The notes under the pieces were generated by a model. That model was not told the DNA's origin. It saw nothing but the letters and a program-made list of their open reading frames with translations, and made no database searches. The translations under genes and the position numbers were made by a program. Source: Veleropilina oligotropha (lineage: Eukaryota). From it: a stretch of 64,000 nucleotides of DNA. The stretch covers positions 1 to 64,000 of the forward strand of contig JBEUKZ010000078.1 of assembly GCA_048128005.1 (NCBI GenBank), in the 5' to 3' direction. Of the stretch, positions 51,490-63,860 are shown one piece after another. Positions within the stretch are counted from its first letter, which is position 1, and each line of letters opens with the position of its first letter.

Positions 51490-53429
51490 TCAGCCCCTTT
51501 TCCCGATTAGGGCCCACCGTGGCAGTCGCCCTGGTCGACTTACCCGGGTGGGATAGAACCGCCCACTGTTTTACTGTAAAAAGAAGGCACCTGAAGTTTA
51601 TAACTACAACTACGGTGAATACGGCATTCCGTGTGTTTATCAAACCCGTGAATTTTCTGGTTACACCCTGAGCTACTGCACCGGACCATAGCGGAATACA
51701 CGGGAGGGTGGTAGTGGGTAGACGGGGTAGGTAAATAGGTATATATATGGTAGTTGTGACTTTACTACAACAACTCTCAGAATTGCCCTGATCTGAAGAT
51801 CAAAGATCAGGCGATATACCGCAAAAACGCAAAAATGCAAAAACCCCGAACTGGGAACACCGAGGTCGGGTATTTACCCGACACGACCCGGTAAAAACCC
51901 GGCAAATTGACTAGACAAACGGGGGTTCTTTCTTCGAAAAAAACGCCCAGAAAAACACCTGAAAACCTCGTGGATGTTTTTATGTTAGTACAATGGCGTA
52001 TTAACCCAGAAACGGCAGGATATCAGAATAACTAAGAGTGATATCTAAACGATCCTGCCTATTAACGACGCTAGAATTTTTATACAATAATAACCAGCAA
52101 TAGCGTCGTTAAGGAATTATCCAATATAATGAGTTACCTGTTTGCAGTCTCAAACAATATCAGATAAAAATACCGACCAGAAATTTCTTCTACACACGAA
52201 ACTTCCCCTCTAAGCGGCCATGCTTTTCCTCAGCAACAGCGGCGATGTCGGTTTCACTTGATTTTCAGAACTTCTTTCAAGTTTAGAATCACAATCTTCC
52301 TATATTCACTTGTGTTTTAGATATCCACAACACAGGGTATATTCCACAACTTATATATTAATATATAAGAATCATAGCGTCCTCGATTTAACGTATAAAT
52401 CGGCGGACATTTCGAAATATTTGCGGAGCAAAAAACACGTCTTTCCGTCTCGGCGGAAAACTTTGAATTGAGGTCTTGTGACTTCGATGGTTCGGAAGTC
52501 TCGCGAGACTTGGCGAGATCTCGCTGGGGGAACTTAGGAGAGGGGGAGCAGGGGAGGTGATCGTGGTGTATTTGACTTAAAAGGAGTGCTTAATGTGACA
52601 TTATTCACTATTTCCGGTTAGCGATAATATGACTATTATGGCAAGAGTAAGGACGTAAGTATGTTTGTAACTACATAGGAAAGTTTGTCGAAAAGGGGGA
52701 TAACTGAGCAAATATTTGGTGGAATATTCTGAAATTCAATAGCACCCTAGTTTATGTCCCAATAAAACTGCATACGAAATTTGAATTCTCTAGCTGGTAC
52801 GGTTTTCCTGATATCCTGTTCACGTCGTCTATATGGACAGACGGACGGACTACGTGACGACATAATCCCATCATTTTTTCAAAACCGATGGGATAAAAAG
52901 GGTCATCGAGTTAGGAGTTTAATCATTCTCATTATGACAAACACACAAGTACAGACAAAATTTATACCAGCAACTACAGGCAGCAGATACCTTTGTGTTG
53001 AGGGACCTCATTGTTAATAGGAAATCGTTCTTGAATCCGATGCCGTCACTCTTTCAAGAACAGTTCAACAAGTTTCGAGGAGCTCCCGCTCTAGCAGCCA
53101 TGCAGACATTCGTACATCATGTAAAATATACACAAAGAAAAACGTTAAGCACCCCTGTATTTTTCACAATGACTTGTCTTACGAGGTCTGGTGTTGAAAC
53201 CCTGATAACATAACCTCGGAAAAACAAATGTGGTTTGCAAGAATACATCTTTGACAATAAGAAAACAGCAACAGTTTATCCAGTTATGAGATTTTAATCA
53301 TGATTATGAGAAGAATTCCAAGATGCTGTATTTGAGCCAAAAAAGGAGTCGCAATAAGTATGGAGGTGCAGAGTCAGAAACACAATTCAACATCGTGATT
53401 GACGATGAAAAATGTCACTTAGGGTCCAA

Positions 53430-54470
53430 AGATGACATTCATGACACAAATCATCAATAGCGGGTAAACCCGCCAAGTGCCCGGATGACAGCTTCCAGCA
53501 TTCGTCTCATCCCTCCAGTAAGTCATCTGATCTGCTGAATGGGCAACTGCTGCCATTCTCGACGAAGAGCTGCCTCCAATTGCGCCCGAGTCTGTACAGG
53601 TAGGTTCAGTGCCTGTACTCGACGCCCCAAACATGCTCTATCGCGTTGAGGTCAGGACTCATGGCAGGCCAGGGCAGGGTCGTCACTGCCTCAGTTTGGA
53701 GAAAAGCTGTTACTGCTCGTGAACAATGGGGTCTAGCATTGTCATCCATGTACACAGGTCTGATGGCGAGTGCATGGTTGTTGAAATGCAGCACAACAAC
53801 AGGTTGCAGGGCATTACAAATGTAACGATCACCATTGAGGTTGCCTTGGATGGTGACAAGATCCAGCTTACAATCTTGTGACAGGCAACCCCAAACCATT
53901 ATTGAACCTCCACCATACAGGGTCATAGGTCTTATGTTCCTGGGTGTGTGGGCCGCATCGTTATGTCTCCAAACTCTCAATCGTCCATCTGTGACATGGA
54001 GCAGGAACCAGCTTTCGTCGGACCAATGTACTCTTCGCCAGGTCCTCCGATTCCAACCTCTCCGGGCCAAACACCACGCTCAACGGAGTCTCTGATGATG
54101 ATCAGCAAGAAAGGGACGCTTGATTATCCTTCTGGCCTTCAATCCCACCAATTTCATATGATTCCTCACTGTTCTGCTTGACATTCGTCTATGGGGTAAC
54201 CATTGGCTCTTCAGAACAAGAGACGTTGCAAAGGGTTGACGACGTACGAGCCGAAACAGAGCCCTGTTCGCGTGCTCTGACGTCATGCGATGTCTCCCCG
54301 ACAGTGGGCGATCCTTTACAGCATTGGTATGCCCGTGTTTTCGTATCAGTCTGCTGATAACGGTATAATGATACCCCAGTTGACGTCCTATACTTTTTAA
54401 GCTCATGCCTGTCGAATGCATACCAATAATATACGTTACCCTGGGGCGGCAAGTTTGCGACGTACGTTTA
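53430..54470 (-). pseudogene. Tc1 DD34E transposase pseudogene
   Basis: HTH-like N-terminus, WSDES, GGGSIMVWG, DDNARPH, SPDLNAIE with 34 residues between D and E; in-frame stop at 54080 and a frameshift near 53610; ends approximate. Confidence 0.9.
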
Positions 54471-54829
54471 TCCTGTGAGCGTTGAAAATGTCACACGAGA
54501 CGAAGTCGAGTGTGACATTTTCATAGCGAACAGGATAAACGTACGCCTCAAACAAGATGCCAAAGGGTAACATTTTTATTTTCATTTCATTTTTAAAAAT
54601 ATCTAACTTTATATGCTTGTCAATGCTGAACAATGACAAAGCAATGAATAACGTCATGTTGAATTGCACCTTATGGGTTTACTATTCTAAGCGCAAAATA
54701 ACCTGGATATTTGAAAAGCTGAGGAATAGTTTAGTCATATACATTCATGTATATGATTGAATCTCAAAGAAATAATTGATACACTTGATTATATCCCACA
54801 GAAGTGGATGACATCTAGCAGATGACGTG

Positions 54830-55087
54830 GGGAGGAATTATGCTTAATGTCCTGTATATTTATAACATCGAGGTTTAAGGCAGGACATGTCCGTGTTATC
54901 GCGGGAGGAAACCCCGGTCGCCCGGGTAAACCCGCCCTCTTCGGCCAATCACGGACAACGGTGCTTCATAACTTGAACAAATGTGTGCTGCCTCAGCCGG
55001 GGGTCGATCTCACTCCTGTTCGCGTCAGCGGAAACAAGCCAGTGAATTTAGAGTGGACACTCTACCCACTGCGCTACCGAAGCGGCC
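54830..55087 (-). mobile_element. tRNA-derived SINE inside the Tc1 element
   Basis: A-box-like TAGCGCAGTGG head; 11-bp TSD cagatgacgtg (54819-54829, 55088-55098); body shared with many copies in the window. Confidence 0.85.
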
Positions 55088-56191
55088 CAGATGACGTGCA
55101 GTTTGAGACGAAAACGTAGAGTTTGAGAAGGGTATTTACCAAACTTCACGTGACGACATTGACATTTTGACCAATCAGACTTCGCCATCTTTGGGCCTCT
55201 GATAACCGTCGATGTGCCATATTCAACGATTAAACTTCAACAATGCAGGACAGTGACGTTAAATGTCCACAATTGCAGTGTGATCATGGATGATGGGTGG
55301 TATGATGCACGTGCATGTCGTTCTGTTGTGGTAAGTCACAGTTGTCATTGTACTGTCCTATCATTTCTATGGAACACCATTCGTGACATATTCATCACAA
55401 ACTTTGCAATTTTTACAAATGGGGACATTTCAGTAATAATTATATCTAGGGGTGCTTAACTTTTTTCGTTGTGTATATAATAATCATAATGTTGTGTATA
55501 TAACACTACGAAAATGCTCTTTTGCTATTTGTATATTGTTTATGTAAAGTATTACCATCCCATTTCATTTGTTTATAATACTATGTATTTGTGGGTAAAA
55601 ACGAAATTAATGAAACATTAAATAAATTACTCTACTGAATTTGTGTCCCCAGTCTTCACTTAGTTGATTCTTGAATCCATCGAGCCGTAACCATCAAATT
55701 ACGCCATGGTTATAGGTAATCCCTTAACCTCGAATATGCATACGTCGAAAGAAAATTGACCATCAGAGTGGAACCTTGTTCAAAATTCGACATCGTGTGC
55801 ATGAACCTTTACAATTGCAATACATACATCATATTATAGTTAGTACATATATAATGGTGTTATATGCCATGACATAACCATCCTGTAATTTAACAGAATC
55901 TGAAAATAATTACATGCAGAACCAAAACTGATTTTGCAAGAATATCTTGTTAATGAATCAAGAATTATAGCAAAAATCACTCGACTCGATGTATACAACA
56001 GCAGCTCATTTTAAATGCTTTAAAACAGATACCAGTATGCTCTAATCACTATCATATGTTATGCATTTTGACAATTTATCTTTAAAGTGGAATGAATTCA
56101 TCCACAAGGAGACATTAATCTAAAATAATATGCCAGCTGCTATATTTTAGGTCGAAACGATTGGTTCATGTGGTGCCCTATTACTACTAAC

Positions 56192-56556
56192 CTTATACAG
56201 TCATGCAATATATCCTGGCACACGACACACATTAGCGTTTCAGCAATTTCGTCTCTCTTCAAGTCCTTCCTTTTCTCTTTGGATTCGGAATTTCCGACTT
56301 CACTAGAACTGGCCTTCTTTGGTTCCTTTTCAACAATATCTACTTTTTTGGAACTATCTCCATTCTTATCCTCTTCATCTTTCCGATTCTCAGTCTCTGA
56401 TTTTCTTTCCTCTTTCTCCACTTCGTCACCAGGTGGCGCTGCCGAGCACTCCAGGCTGACTGTATTACCACTATAGTCATCAGTATCGACGACTTTTGTA
56501 CTGGGTCCGGAGTCAAGAGAAGACTTTAATTTTTTGACGATAACATTTTCATCATC
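56192..56556 (-). CDS. CHFR: CHFR exon: acidic/charged linker and RING start ...ETLMCVVCQDILHDCI
   Basis: ttgtag/gttagt splice sites; 365 nt open; ETLxCxxCQDxLHDC matches the CHFR RING. Confidence 0.95.
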
Positions 56557-56731
56557 CTACAACAAAGAGAAGAAATATTTAAATAAGAGTTAAGCAGACA
56601 TAAATAGCAGGAATCAATGTGTCAATCTTCAGGTAAATGGTTATAAGAATTAAAATCGGTATCCGGACAAACATTAAGATGACCAGCCCAGGATGACTAA
56701 GTCAATGGAATATCTTTACCTAATAAAATTT

Positions 56732-57042
56732 CAGGGTTCATACACTTTGGCTTTGAAAATTCAAGGACTTTCCAGAACATTATTTGCAGAAATTCAAGGA
56801 CATTTGTGAGTCTAAGACAATCGTTGATCGCATATAAATATATTATATTGTCATAATATTTTATATAAAGTACATGTAACACAAAAACTAAATACATTTC
56901 GATTTTGACACAAAAAAGTATGATATAAACTCAATTTTCCATGACATAATCTGACAGTAAATTCCAAGCTTTTCATGGACAATCCAGGACAACAATAAAA
57001 ATCCAGGACTTTCCAGGTTTTCAAGGATGCGTACGAACCCTG
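56732..57042. mobile_element. Second copy of the CAGGGTTCGTAC MITE
   Basis: Internal sequence closely matches 7404-7691. Confidence 0.8.
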
Positions 57043-57143
57043 ATAAATAATGTCAAGCCTAATGTTTATGAGATATGCATCTCTGCATCGTATTAAATAA
57101 AATATCTCTAATTTACAAAAATGACCGATCATATCCACCATAC

Positions 57144-57190
57144 CTCTTCAATCTTCCTCTTCGCCGTGGTCGCCACATTTAAATCATCAT
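57144..57190 (-). CDS. CHFR: CHFR linker exon: (D)DDLNVATTAKRKIEE
   Basis: ttatag/gtatgg splice sites; supplies the phase 1 to 0 change needed between the flanking exons. Confidence 0.75.
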
Positions 57191-57491
57191 CTATAAATAA
57201 ACATATCATTAAGTACTATTTCACCACAAATCTCACATTTACATTATTGTCATGTTTGGTGAAATCACTGCTTAATTTCCTTTTTACGAACATTCAGGAC
57301 AATTACATAAATAGCATGGAAAGAAAGCCAATACACCTGGGGAAAAGCACCAGTCACAGCCAGTGGACCAAAATGACAATTAACTCCACATTGTCTACAA
57401 GTCGAGGATTCGAACGATCTCCTGAGAAATCAGTATTTTGCATAACAGTCGAATAACCAGAGTAACGTAAACGATACATAATTCGTAACTA

Positions 57492-58195
57492 GTTATGCCC
57501 CCACAAACGAAGTTTAGGGGGGCATATAGGAGTCAGTTTTTCTGTCTGTCTGTTGCAAATTCGCTTCCGCTCCATATCTCGGACACTATTTGACCGAGCC
57601 ACACGAAACTTGATGTGTGCATGCGTCATAACCCAAAGGTACCGAAAGTAGGTCGCCACGACCTACTTTTCATGCTTGATGTGTGTAACGCGTCATAACC
57701 CAAATGCGTGTCGCGTACCGAAAGTAGGTCACTGCGACCTACTTTTCAGACTTGACCGCATGTGGTCCAAAATTCCCATCTGCTCCATATCTTCCATATT
57801 ATTGACAGAGGGACACGAAACTTGATGTGTTCATGCGTCATAATACTAAGGTGTGTCGCATACCAAAAGTAGGTCAGCACGACCTACTTTTCACGCTTGA
57901 CTACATTTGGTCAAAAATTCCCTTCCACTCCATATCTCCCATACTATTTGACCGAGGGACATGAAACTTCATATGTGTATGCGTCATAACTGAAAGGTAT
58001 GTCGCATAATGAAAGTAGGTCACCATGACCTACTTTCCACACCTGACCGCATTCAGTCTCAAATTTCCTTTCGCTCCATATCTCCCATACTATTTGACTG
58101 AGGGACATGAAACTTCATGTGTGTATGCAACAGCCTGTTCCTGGGTCAAATGCTTTCATGGGGGCATGTGATCACTCCTGTAATAGCTCTAGTTT
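57492..58195 (+). mobile_element. HINE-like element; adjoins or sits in another that ends near 58955
   Basis: ttatgccccc...gggggcatat palindrome, (TCTG)n, tandem repeats, gggggcat subTIR, hairpin and ctagtt end. Confidence 0.75.
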
Positions 58196-59034
58196 GAATA
58201 GGCTTCTTCTTTGTCACATGATTAACCTATTCAGCAAGTTTTATCGAAAAATAAATTCGCGCGAAAATGAAATTTCTTAGTTTTCCAACGAGAACCAGAA
58301 GACAGTGCCAAATCGAGTGACAAAGATGAAAACGAATAGGATCCTGCCTTAACACATGAGAAAGTTTTATTGCGAAATAATTTATATTGGTGTAGTTATC
58401 GTGCGGAACCGAGATTTTTCTTGTTTTCGAACAAGGGCCAAAAGTCAGCGAAAAATGTATCGACAGAGTTGAAAATGAATAGGCTTCATTCTTGTCACAT
58501 GATTAAAGCATCCCGCAAGTTTCATTGAAAAATAATTTGTGTTTTTTTAGTTATCGTGCGGAAACAAATTTTTTCTTGTTTTTGAACAAGGGCCAGAAGT
58601 CAGCGACAAATGGAGCGACAGGGTTGAAAATGAATAGGCTTCTTCCTTGTCACATGATTAAGGCATCCAGCATGTATCATTGATAAATAATATATATTTG
58701 CTTAGTTATCGTGCGGAAACAAAATTTATTTTCATTTGCGAACATGGGCCAGAAGTCAATGACGAATCGAGCGACATGGTTCAAAATGAATAGGCTTTTT
58801 CCTTGTGACATGATGAACCCTCCCAGAAAGCTTCATACTTAAAGATGGTATATTTCTTGAGATATGGTGCAGAAACGAAGGAGGTGGATGGACGGACGGA
58901 CAGGCGGACGGCATGGTCATAGCATAATACACCTCGCCTTCGGCGGGCGTACATAAAGGATAGCAAATGAAGAAATGACCTAGCTATTAATAATGCCAGG
59001 AAAGAAGTTAATTAAAATTCAGGTTGTTAATTAC

Positions 59035-59127
59035 CTCGAAGCGTTGTGTCAAGATCATTGGTTGAATCTAACGTCTCGTCTGCCTCCTTTCCCAACTCTG
59101 CCATATCTTGGTACACATATCCGACAT
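59035..59127 (-). CDS. CHFR: CHFR exon: (N)VGYVYQDMAELGKEADETLDSTNDLDTTLR
   Basis: tgtag/gtaatt splice sites; NVGYVY resembles CHFR NVAYLY at the end of the FHA domain; phase 1 to 1. Confidence 0.88.
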
Positions 59128-59814
59128 CTACATAAATATCAAATAGAAATGCATAGGTACATAAATGTAATGTAGTAGATAATCTTCTAGCTTACGTCTA
59201 TGAGATCTGGCCAGTTACTGGTTCTATTCACAAGGTTACTGGCACTTAGTTACTAGCATTATTTAGCAATAATAAAATGTACATTTTATAAAATTTTCTG
59301 AGTGTTTACCATGTTGATAACTCAATTCAGAATTCTTATACCACCCAGTGCTTGTTAGTAATGCAATAGGCAAGCGCATACTCAGTCGAGTCAGACCTTC
59401 GTGTATTATATACACTAGTCAGCAGAGCTATGAGCATATAGAGTTTTGGCACATTTTGCAAAAATTTACAAAAATGCAGGCAATATTAATTAAAGGATCA
59501 TGGACATATTTCATGATGTTCGTGAATTAATTACAGACGTTTACATATTATAGCAGATTAAAAACAAAAGTTAGGAGAACAAAATAACAGCATAAAATCT
59601 AACATTTATAACTGTAACCTATCTCGCTCTGCGTAATATAGCAGGTGGGATTGTCTACCCTAGTGCCTTAGAAATCTTGGCCATTTATGAATTTATATGT
59701 CATTAATTGCTTGGAAAATAACATGAATAAAAAGCATGAATTTTACCAATGTCCATATATCTCACGCAGTCACAAAGTGCCTACAATATGACCTATGACC
59801 TATGAGGTACATAC

Positions 59815-59878
59815 TTAGAGACTCATTGTTCTTTTTGAAGACAACAAAAAATTCATCACCATGTGACAATTTCCTGCA
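59815..59878 (-). CDS. CHFR: CHFR exon, FHA C-terminal part: CRKLSHGDEFFVVFKKNNESL
   Basis: tttcag/gtatgt splice sites; LxxGD FHA motif resembling vertebrate CHFR LQTGDVIYLVYRKN; phase 0 to 1. Confidence 0.9.
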
Positions 59879-60240
59879 CTGAAAGGGGAAAAATAATGCA
59901 TTTGAATCGAAAGATCACATATGAGCAATGAAGTAAAAGTAAGTAGACAATGATACAAAAACATTCATTAACACATTTAAATTGACACGATTTGGTTGGC
60001 AAAAATTATAAATATACAGCATTAATTGCAAACAAAGTTTCATTTGATGGTTTTCACTGTCCAGTTTTTCAAAATATATTGAGTACATTCACTACTATAT
60101 TCCCACAAAGTCTCTCGAACATGAAGGGTGGTAGAATTGCTAAATACGACGATGAATCAGAAAGCTGAAGATCAAAATCGATTATATATGTCAGTTTGTG
60201 ATGTGACAACTTTTAATCGAAATGGTTGCCACAAAAATTA

Positions 60241-60448
60241 AACTAGAAATGTGTCCATCGGACACGGATGCCCCCACTGGCAGCCTTGACCATAGGGGCA
60301 GTGTACAAAGTATCAAGTCAATCCATGAAGGCAAATAGAAGTTATAGCAGATTGGAGTTGCTTACACGCAAATACTGGTTTCGGGACGGACGGGACGGAC
60401 AAGAGTAAATCTAAATGCCACCCCAATAAATTGGTGGTGGCATAATAA
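60241..60448 (-). mobile_element. Short HINE-like element
   Basis: aactag plus gtgtcc..ggacac hairpin and atgcccc subTIR; GGAC tract; atgccacc...ggtggcat end. Confidence 0.7.
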
Positions 60449-60659
60449 AAACATTGCACACCTCTCTGCAACTGTCTCATGTGTTCTACGGTCAAAGAAA
60501 ACTATACAAAACGTTATGTGCATGAGACAAGACCTAGTATTATCACAAGTGTTTGTCACTAAAGTGGCAATAGTCCTCCGCCTACATTATTGAGCGCATC
60601 TATGAAGCCAAATGAATGTAAGCCTATCGGAAAAGAGTCTCCTGTGACAGGAGAAATGT

Positions 60660-62070
60660 GGTGAAGTGGGGTCTATGAACAAAATATAAATTAAATCGGT
60701 TCATTTTTTCTTGAAAGATCGCGCTAACAAGCGAATGAGCGAAAGAGTAAATTGCATAATGTGACCTTTAAAATGAGGTCAAGGTCATCATAATTGCCTG
60801 GAGTCGGCAGTATCCCTCAATGCATCTATCCAACAAATATAAATTAAATCAATTCATTACATTTTGAGATATCGCGCTAAAGACTGTGTGACCTTGAATA
60901 TGATGTCAAGGTCACCGTAATCGACTGGGATCTGTGGTATTCCCCAATGCATCTATCCACAAAATAAAAATTATATCTATTCTGTCTTGAGAAATCATGC
61001 TAACAACTGAATGAGCGAAAAAGTAAAGTGCATCATGTGACCTTGATAATATTAGGTCAGGGTCACCATAATGGATTGGGGTCTGCGGTATCCCCCAATA
61101 CATCTATCTCCCTAATATAAATGAAATTGGTTCATTATATCTTGAGATATCACGCCAACCAAAATTGAATGAGCGAAGTAGTCAAGTGAACCCTGCGACC
61201 TTGAAAATGAGGTCAAGGTCATCATAATCGACAGGGGTCTGCGGTATCCCCAAGACATCTATCTACCTAATATAAATGATATTGGTTCATTAGATCTTGA
61301 GAATTCATGCTAAAAACAATTGAATGAGCAAAGTAGTCAAGTGCACTATATGACCTTGAAAATGAGGTTAAGGTCACCATAATCAACTGGTGTCAGCGGT
61401 ATCCCCAAAAGTATCCATCCACCAAATATAAATGAAATCGGTTCATTCTGTCTTAAGATATCACGCTAACAACCACTGAATGAGAGGAAGAGTACTCTGT
61501 ACCGTGTGACCTTGAAAATGAAGTCAAGGTCACCATAATCGACAGGTGTCGGCGGTATCCCCAAAGGTATCGATCTACCAAATATAAATGAAATCGGTTC
61601 ATTCAGTCCTGAGATATCGCGCTAACAAGGCCATACTATCGTGCTAACAACAATTGAATGAGCGAAAGAGTGCACTGTATCCTGTGACCTTGGAAATGAA
61701 GTCAAGGTCACCATAATCGACTGGTGTCGGCGGTATCCCCAAAGGTATCTATCCACAAAATATAAATAAAATCGGTTAATTCTGTCTTGAGATATCGCAC
61801 TAACAACAACTGAATGAGCGAAAGAGCCAACTGTACCCTGTGACCTTGAAAATGAGGTCAAGGTCACCATAATCGACTGGTGTCGGCAGTATCCCCAAAG
61901 GTATCTATCTACCACATATAAATGAAATCGGTTCATTCAGTATTGAGATATCGCGCTAAAAAGGCTGTACGGACATACGGACGGACGTACCGACAGACGG
62001 ACGTCCGTGTACGTACGTACGGACGGAGCCGAATACTAGCGTCCCCCGCTTCGCTAAAGCGGGGACTAAT
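60660..62070 (-). mobile_element. HINE-like element with degenerate ~160-180-bp tandem repeats
   Basis: Repeated tgaccttgaaaatgaggtcaaggtcacc; GGAC tract; gtcccccgctt...aagcggggac end. Confidence 0.7.
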
Positions 62071-62189
62071 AACAGGTGGTTTATTATTGAAACAAATGCT
62101 CCACCTTTTACAAGCTGTATATGTGGGCATATATCTCGCTAGATTATACTTAATATATCTCGCTAGATTATACTTAGCTATTGCCTTAC

Positions 62190-62238
62190 CTCTCCTTTCG
62201 TGAGCTTCTCAAACATGTTCAGGAGGGTTCCATTGGTA
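62190..62238 (-). CDS. CHFR: CHFR exon, FHA domain part: (S)TNGTLLNMFEKLTKGE; first exon visible in the window, gene 5' end lies outside
   Basis: tttcag acceptor and gtaagg donor; STNGT motif of FHA domains; ends in phase 0, matching the next exon. Confidence 0.88.
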
Positions 62239-63039
62239 CTGAAACATATTAAGTGTCATATACCAGTACAGTGGAATCGCAACATTAATACAAATTGGTT
62301 AATATATCCACATATCTTCAGGTAAACTAAAACAGATTGGAAAAGCTAATCGAACTATGTCAGATAGCTGTAGATAGCAAGCATTCATTGCTAACGAGTC
62401 TACAGTATACAAGAACGACGCGTTCGGAAATGTCTTGACCTTTGTCTGCTTGGACCGTCTGTTGTATATTAGTGTACATTAAATATGATTATACAATCTA
62501 ACATATTCATACGATATATTTATTTGCAACTCATGATTTTCTGACAGATGACAATTTAATTATATGACGTCACTAATTATGACGTCATAATTTAGTCGCA
62601 CTATAATGACGTCATAATTTGGCTTAGTTACCATGGCAATTATGCTTATAAATGCCTATAAAAACGATAATTTACGAAATTTTGTAATGAAAGTTATATA
62701 CCGGTACACGACCTACATATAGTCATGGGAATGTATATACCAATTTTGGTTAAAATTGGTCCAGTAGTTTTCAAATAAATCGACGGATATATATATATCG
62801 GGTGGCCAATAAAAAACTTCCTGAACTTTAAAGGTTAATAACTTTGCAATGAACCACTATATATTGTTATGAAACTTCACACAAGTAAAAATTGTAATGT
62901 TTTTAATATATTCTTAATGTTTCAAGTCTCTATATCACATACTTTTTCTGTAGTCGGATAAATATAAACAAACGTCAAAAACTGCAAGGGCAACGTCCAA
63001 AAAGCTGTATAGTTCTCTTATATTTACTGAAAGAAGTTA

Positions 63040-63860
63040 TCAATATGGCCTCCATCTGCTTCAAAAACTGCTCTGAGTCTTTTTTCCAACTTGATAACGT
63101 AGTACTTCTAACGTCTCGAAGAGATATTTAGTCCCAGCATTTCTTCAGCCTCTTTTTTAGGTCATATTCATTAAACACATCTGTACGTCCTTCATACACT
63201 TTCTCTGACAGACTATTCCAAATGGAATAGTCCATTGGGTTAAGGTCTGGACTTTGGGGTGGCCACTCGTCGTTTTTTATGAACTCATCCACCGACTGAT
63301 CCAAGAAGGCTTGCGTAGACCTACTTGTGTGCGAAGTTGCCCCATCCTGTTGAAAAACAAAACTTCCATCAGGATAGAGCCGATGGCAATCAGGCAAGAG
63401 TCCCTTTTCTAATAGTTTTTGATAAGTCTCAGAGTTAACTTTCACTTTTTTGGTATCAATAAAGTGAACCTTCGTTTTCCCATTCCACGATACCCCTGCA
63501 GAAACCATTATTTTCTTGGTAAACCTTGATGTTTCATGGTACAGTCTTGTGGTGGATATATCCCCTTTCTTCCTTCCGTACACCCTATCATTTTGGTGGT
63601 TACGCGCCATCTCATATGTGAAGTCTTTCTCATCCGTAAAGACAAGTCTTTTCGCATCCTGTTTGGAATGCCTGCTGTATAACTTTTTTGAACAGGTCTT
63701 CCTTTTTTGCTTGACTGTTTATCCCGCCGTGAAACTTTTAAGCGTTTGAAAGATTTCCAATTCTTTAGTAATGTTCTGAACTGATGAGCGTGAAATTCCC
63801 AGATCTTTGGCAATTTGCCGCTGCAACTTATGCTTGTCCTCCTGCAGCAGCTGGTGACGC
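63040..63860 (-). pseudogene. Tc1/mariner-superfamily DD37D (maT-type) transposase remnant; element end probably near 62798
   Basis: VFTDEKDF, FQQDGATSH, WPPQSPDLNPMDYSIW with 37 residues between the last two Asp; frameshift near 63720 and premature stop at 63128. Confidence 0.88.

Larger units (their letters stand above)
45305..52676 (-). mobile_element. DIRS1-type tyrosine-recombinase retrotransposon, full length, coding-defective
   Basis: 208-bp inverted terminal repeats (45338-45545 and 52459-52666), internal complementary region 45606-45696, gag-like/RT-RNaseH-MT/YR order, no target-site duplication. Confidence 0.95.
44680..52897 (-). mobile_element. HINE-like ~159-bp tandem array split by the DIRS insertion (44680-45304 and 52677-52897)
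   Basis: The repeat unit resumes in register on the other side of the DIRS element; ends with a GACG tract and atcccatc...gatgggat palindrome. Confidence 0.8.
53131..55473 (-). mobile_element. Tc1-family DNA transposon, defective
   Basis: 26-bp TIRs (cacaaagaaaaacgttaagcacccct / aggggtgcttaacttttttcgttgtg) flanked by TA; encloses a transposase. Confidence 0.9.

Noticed and set aside
47862..51556. Plus-strand ORFs within the GC-rich DIRS body
   Set aside because: Antisense shadows of the minus-strand element ORFs with no recognisable motifs.
12652..54100. Canonical hammerhead ribozymes at scattered CTGATGA sites
   Set aside because: None of the sites I checked is followed by a stem II and GAAA box.
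59382..59427. Possible extra CHFR exon (tag...gtatgc)
   Set aside because: Its length would break the phase between exons 59815-59878 and 59035-59127, which already join correctly as ...ESL-N-VGY.
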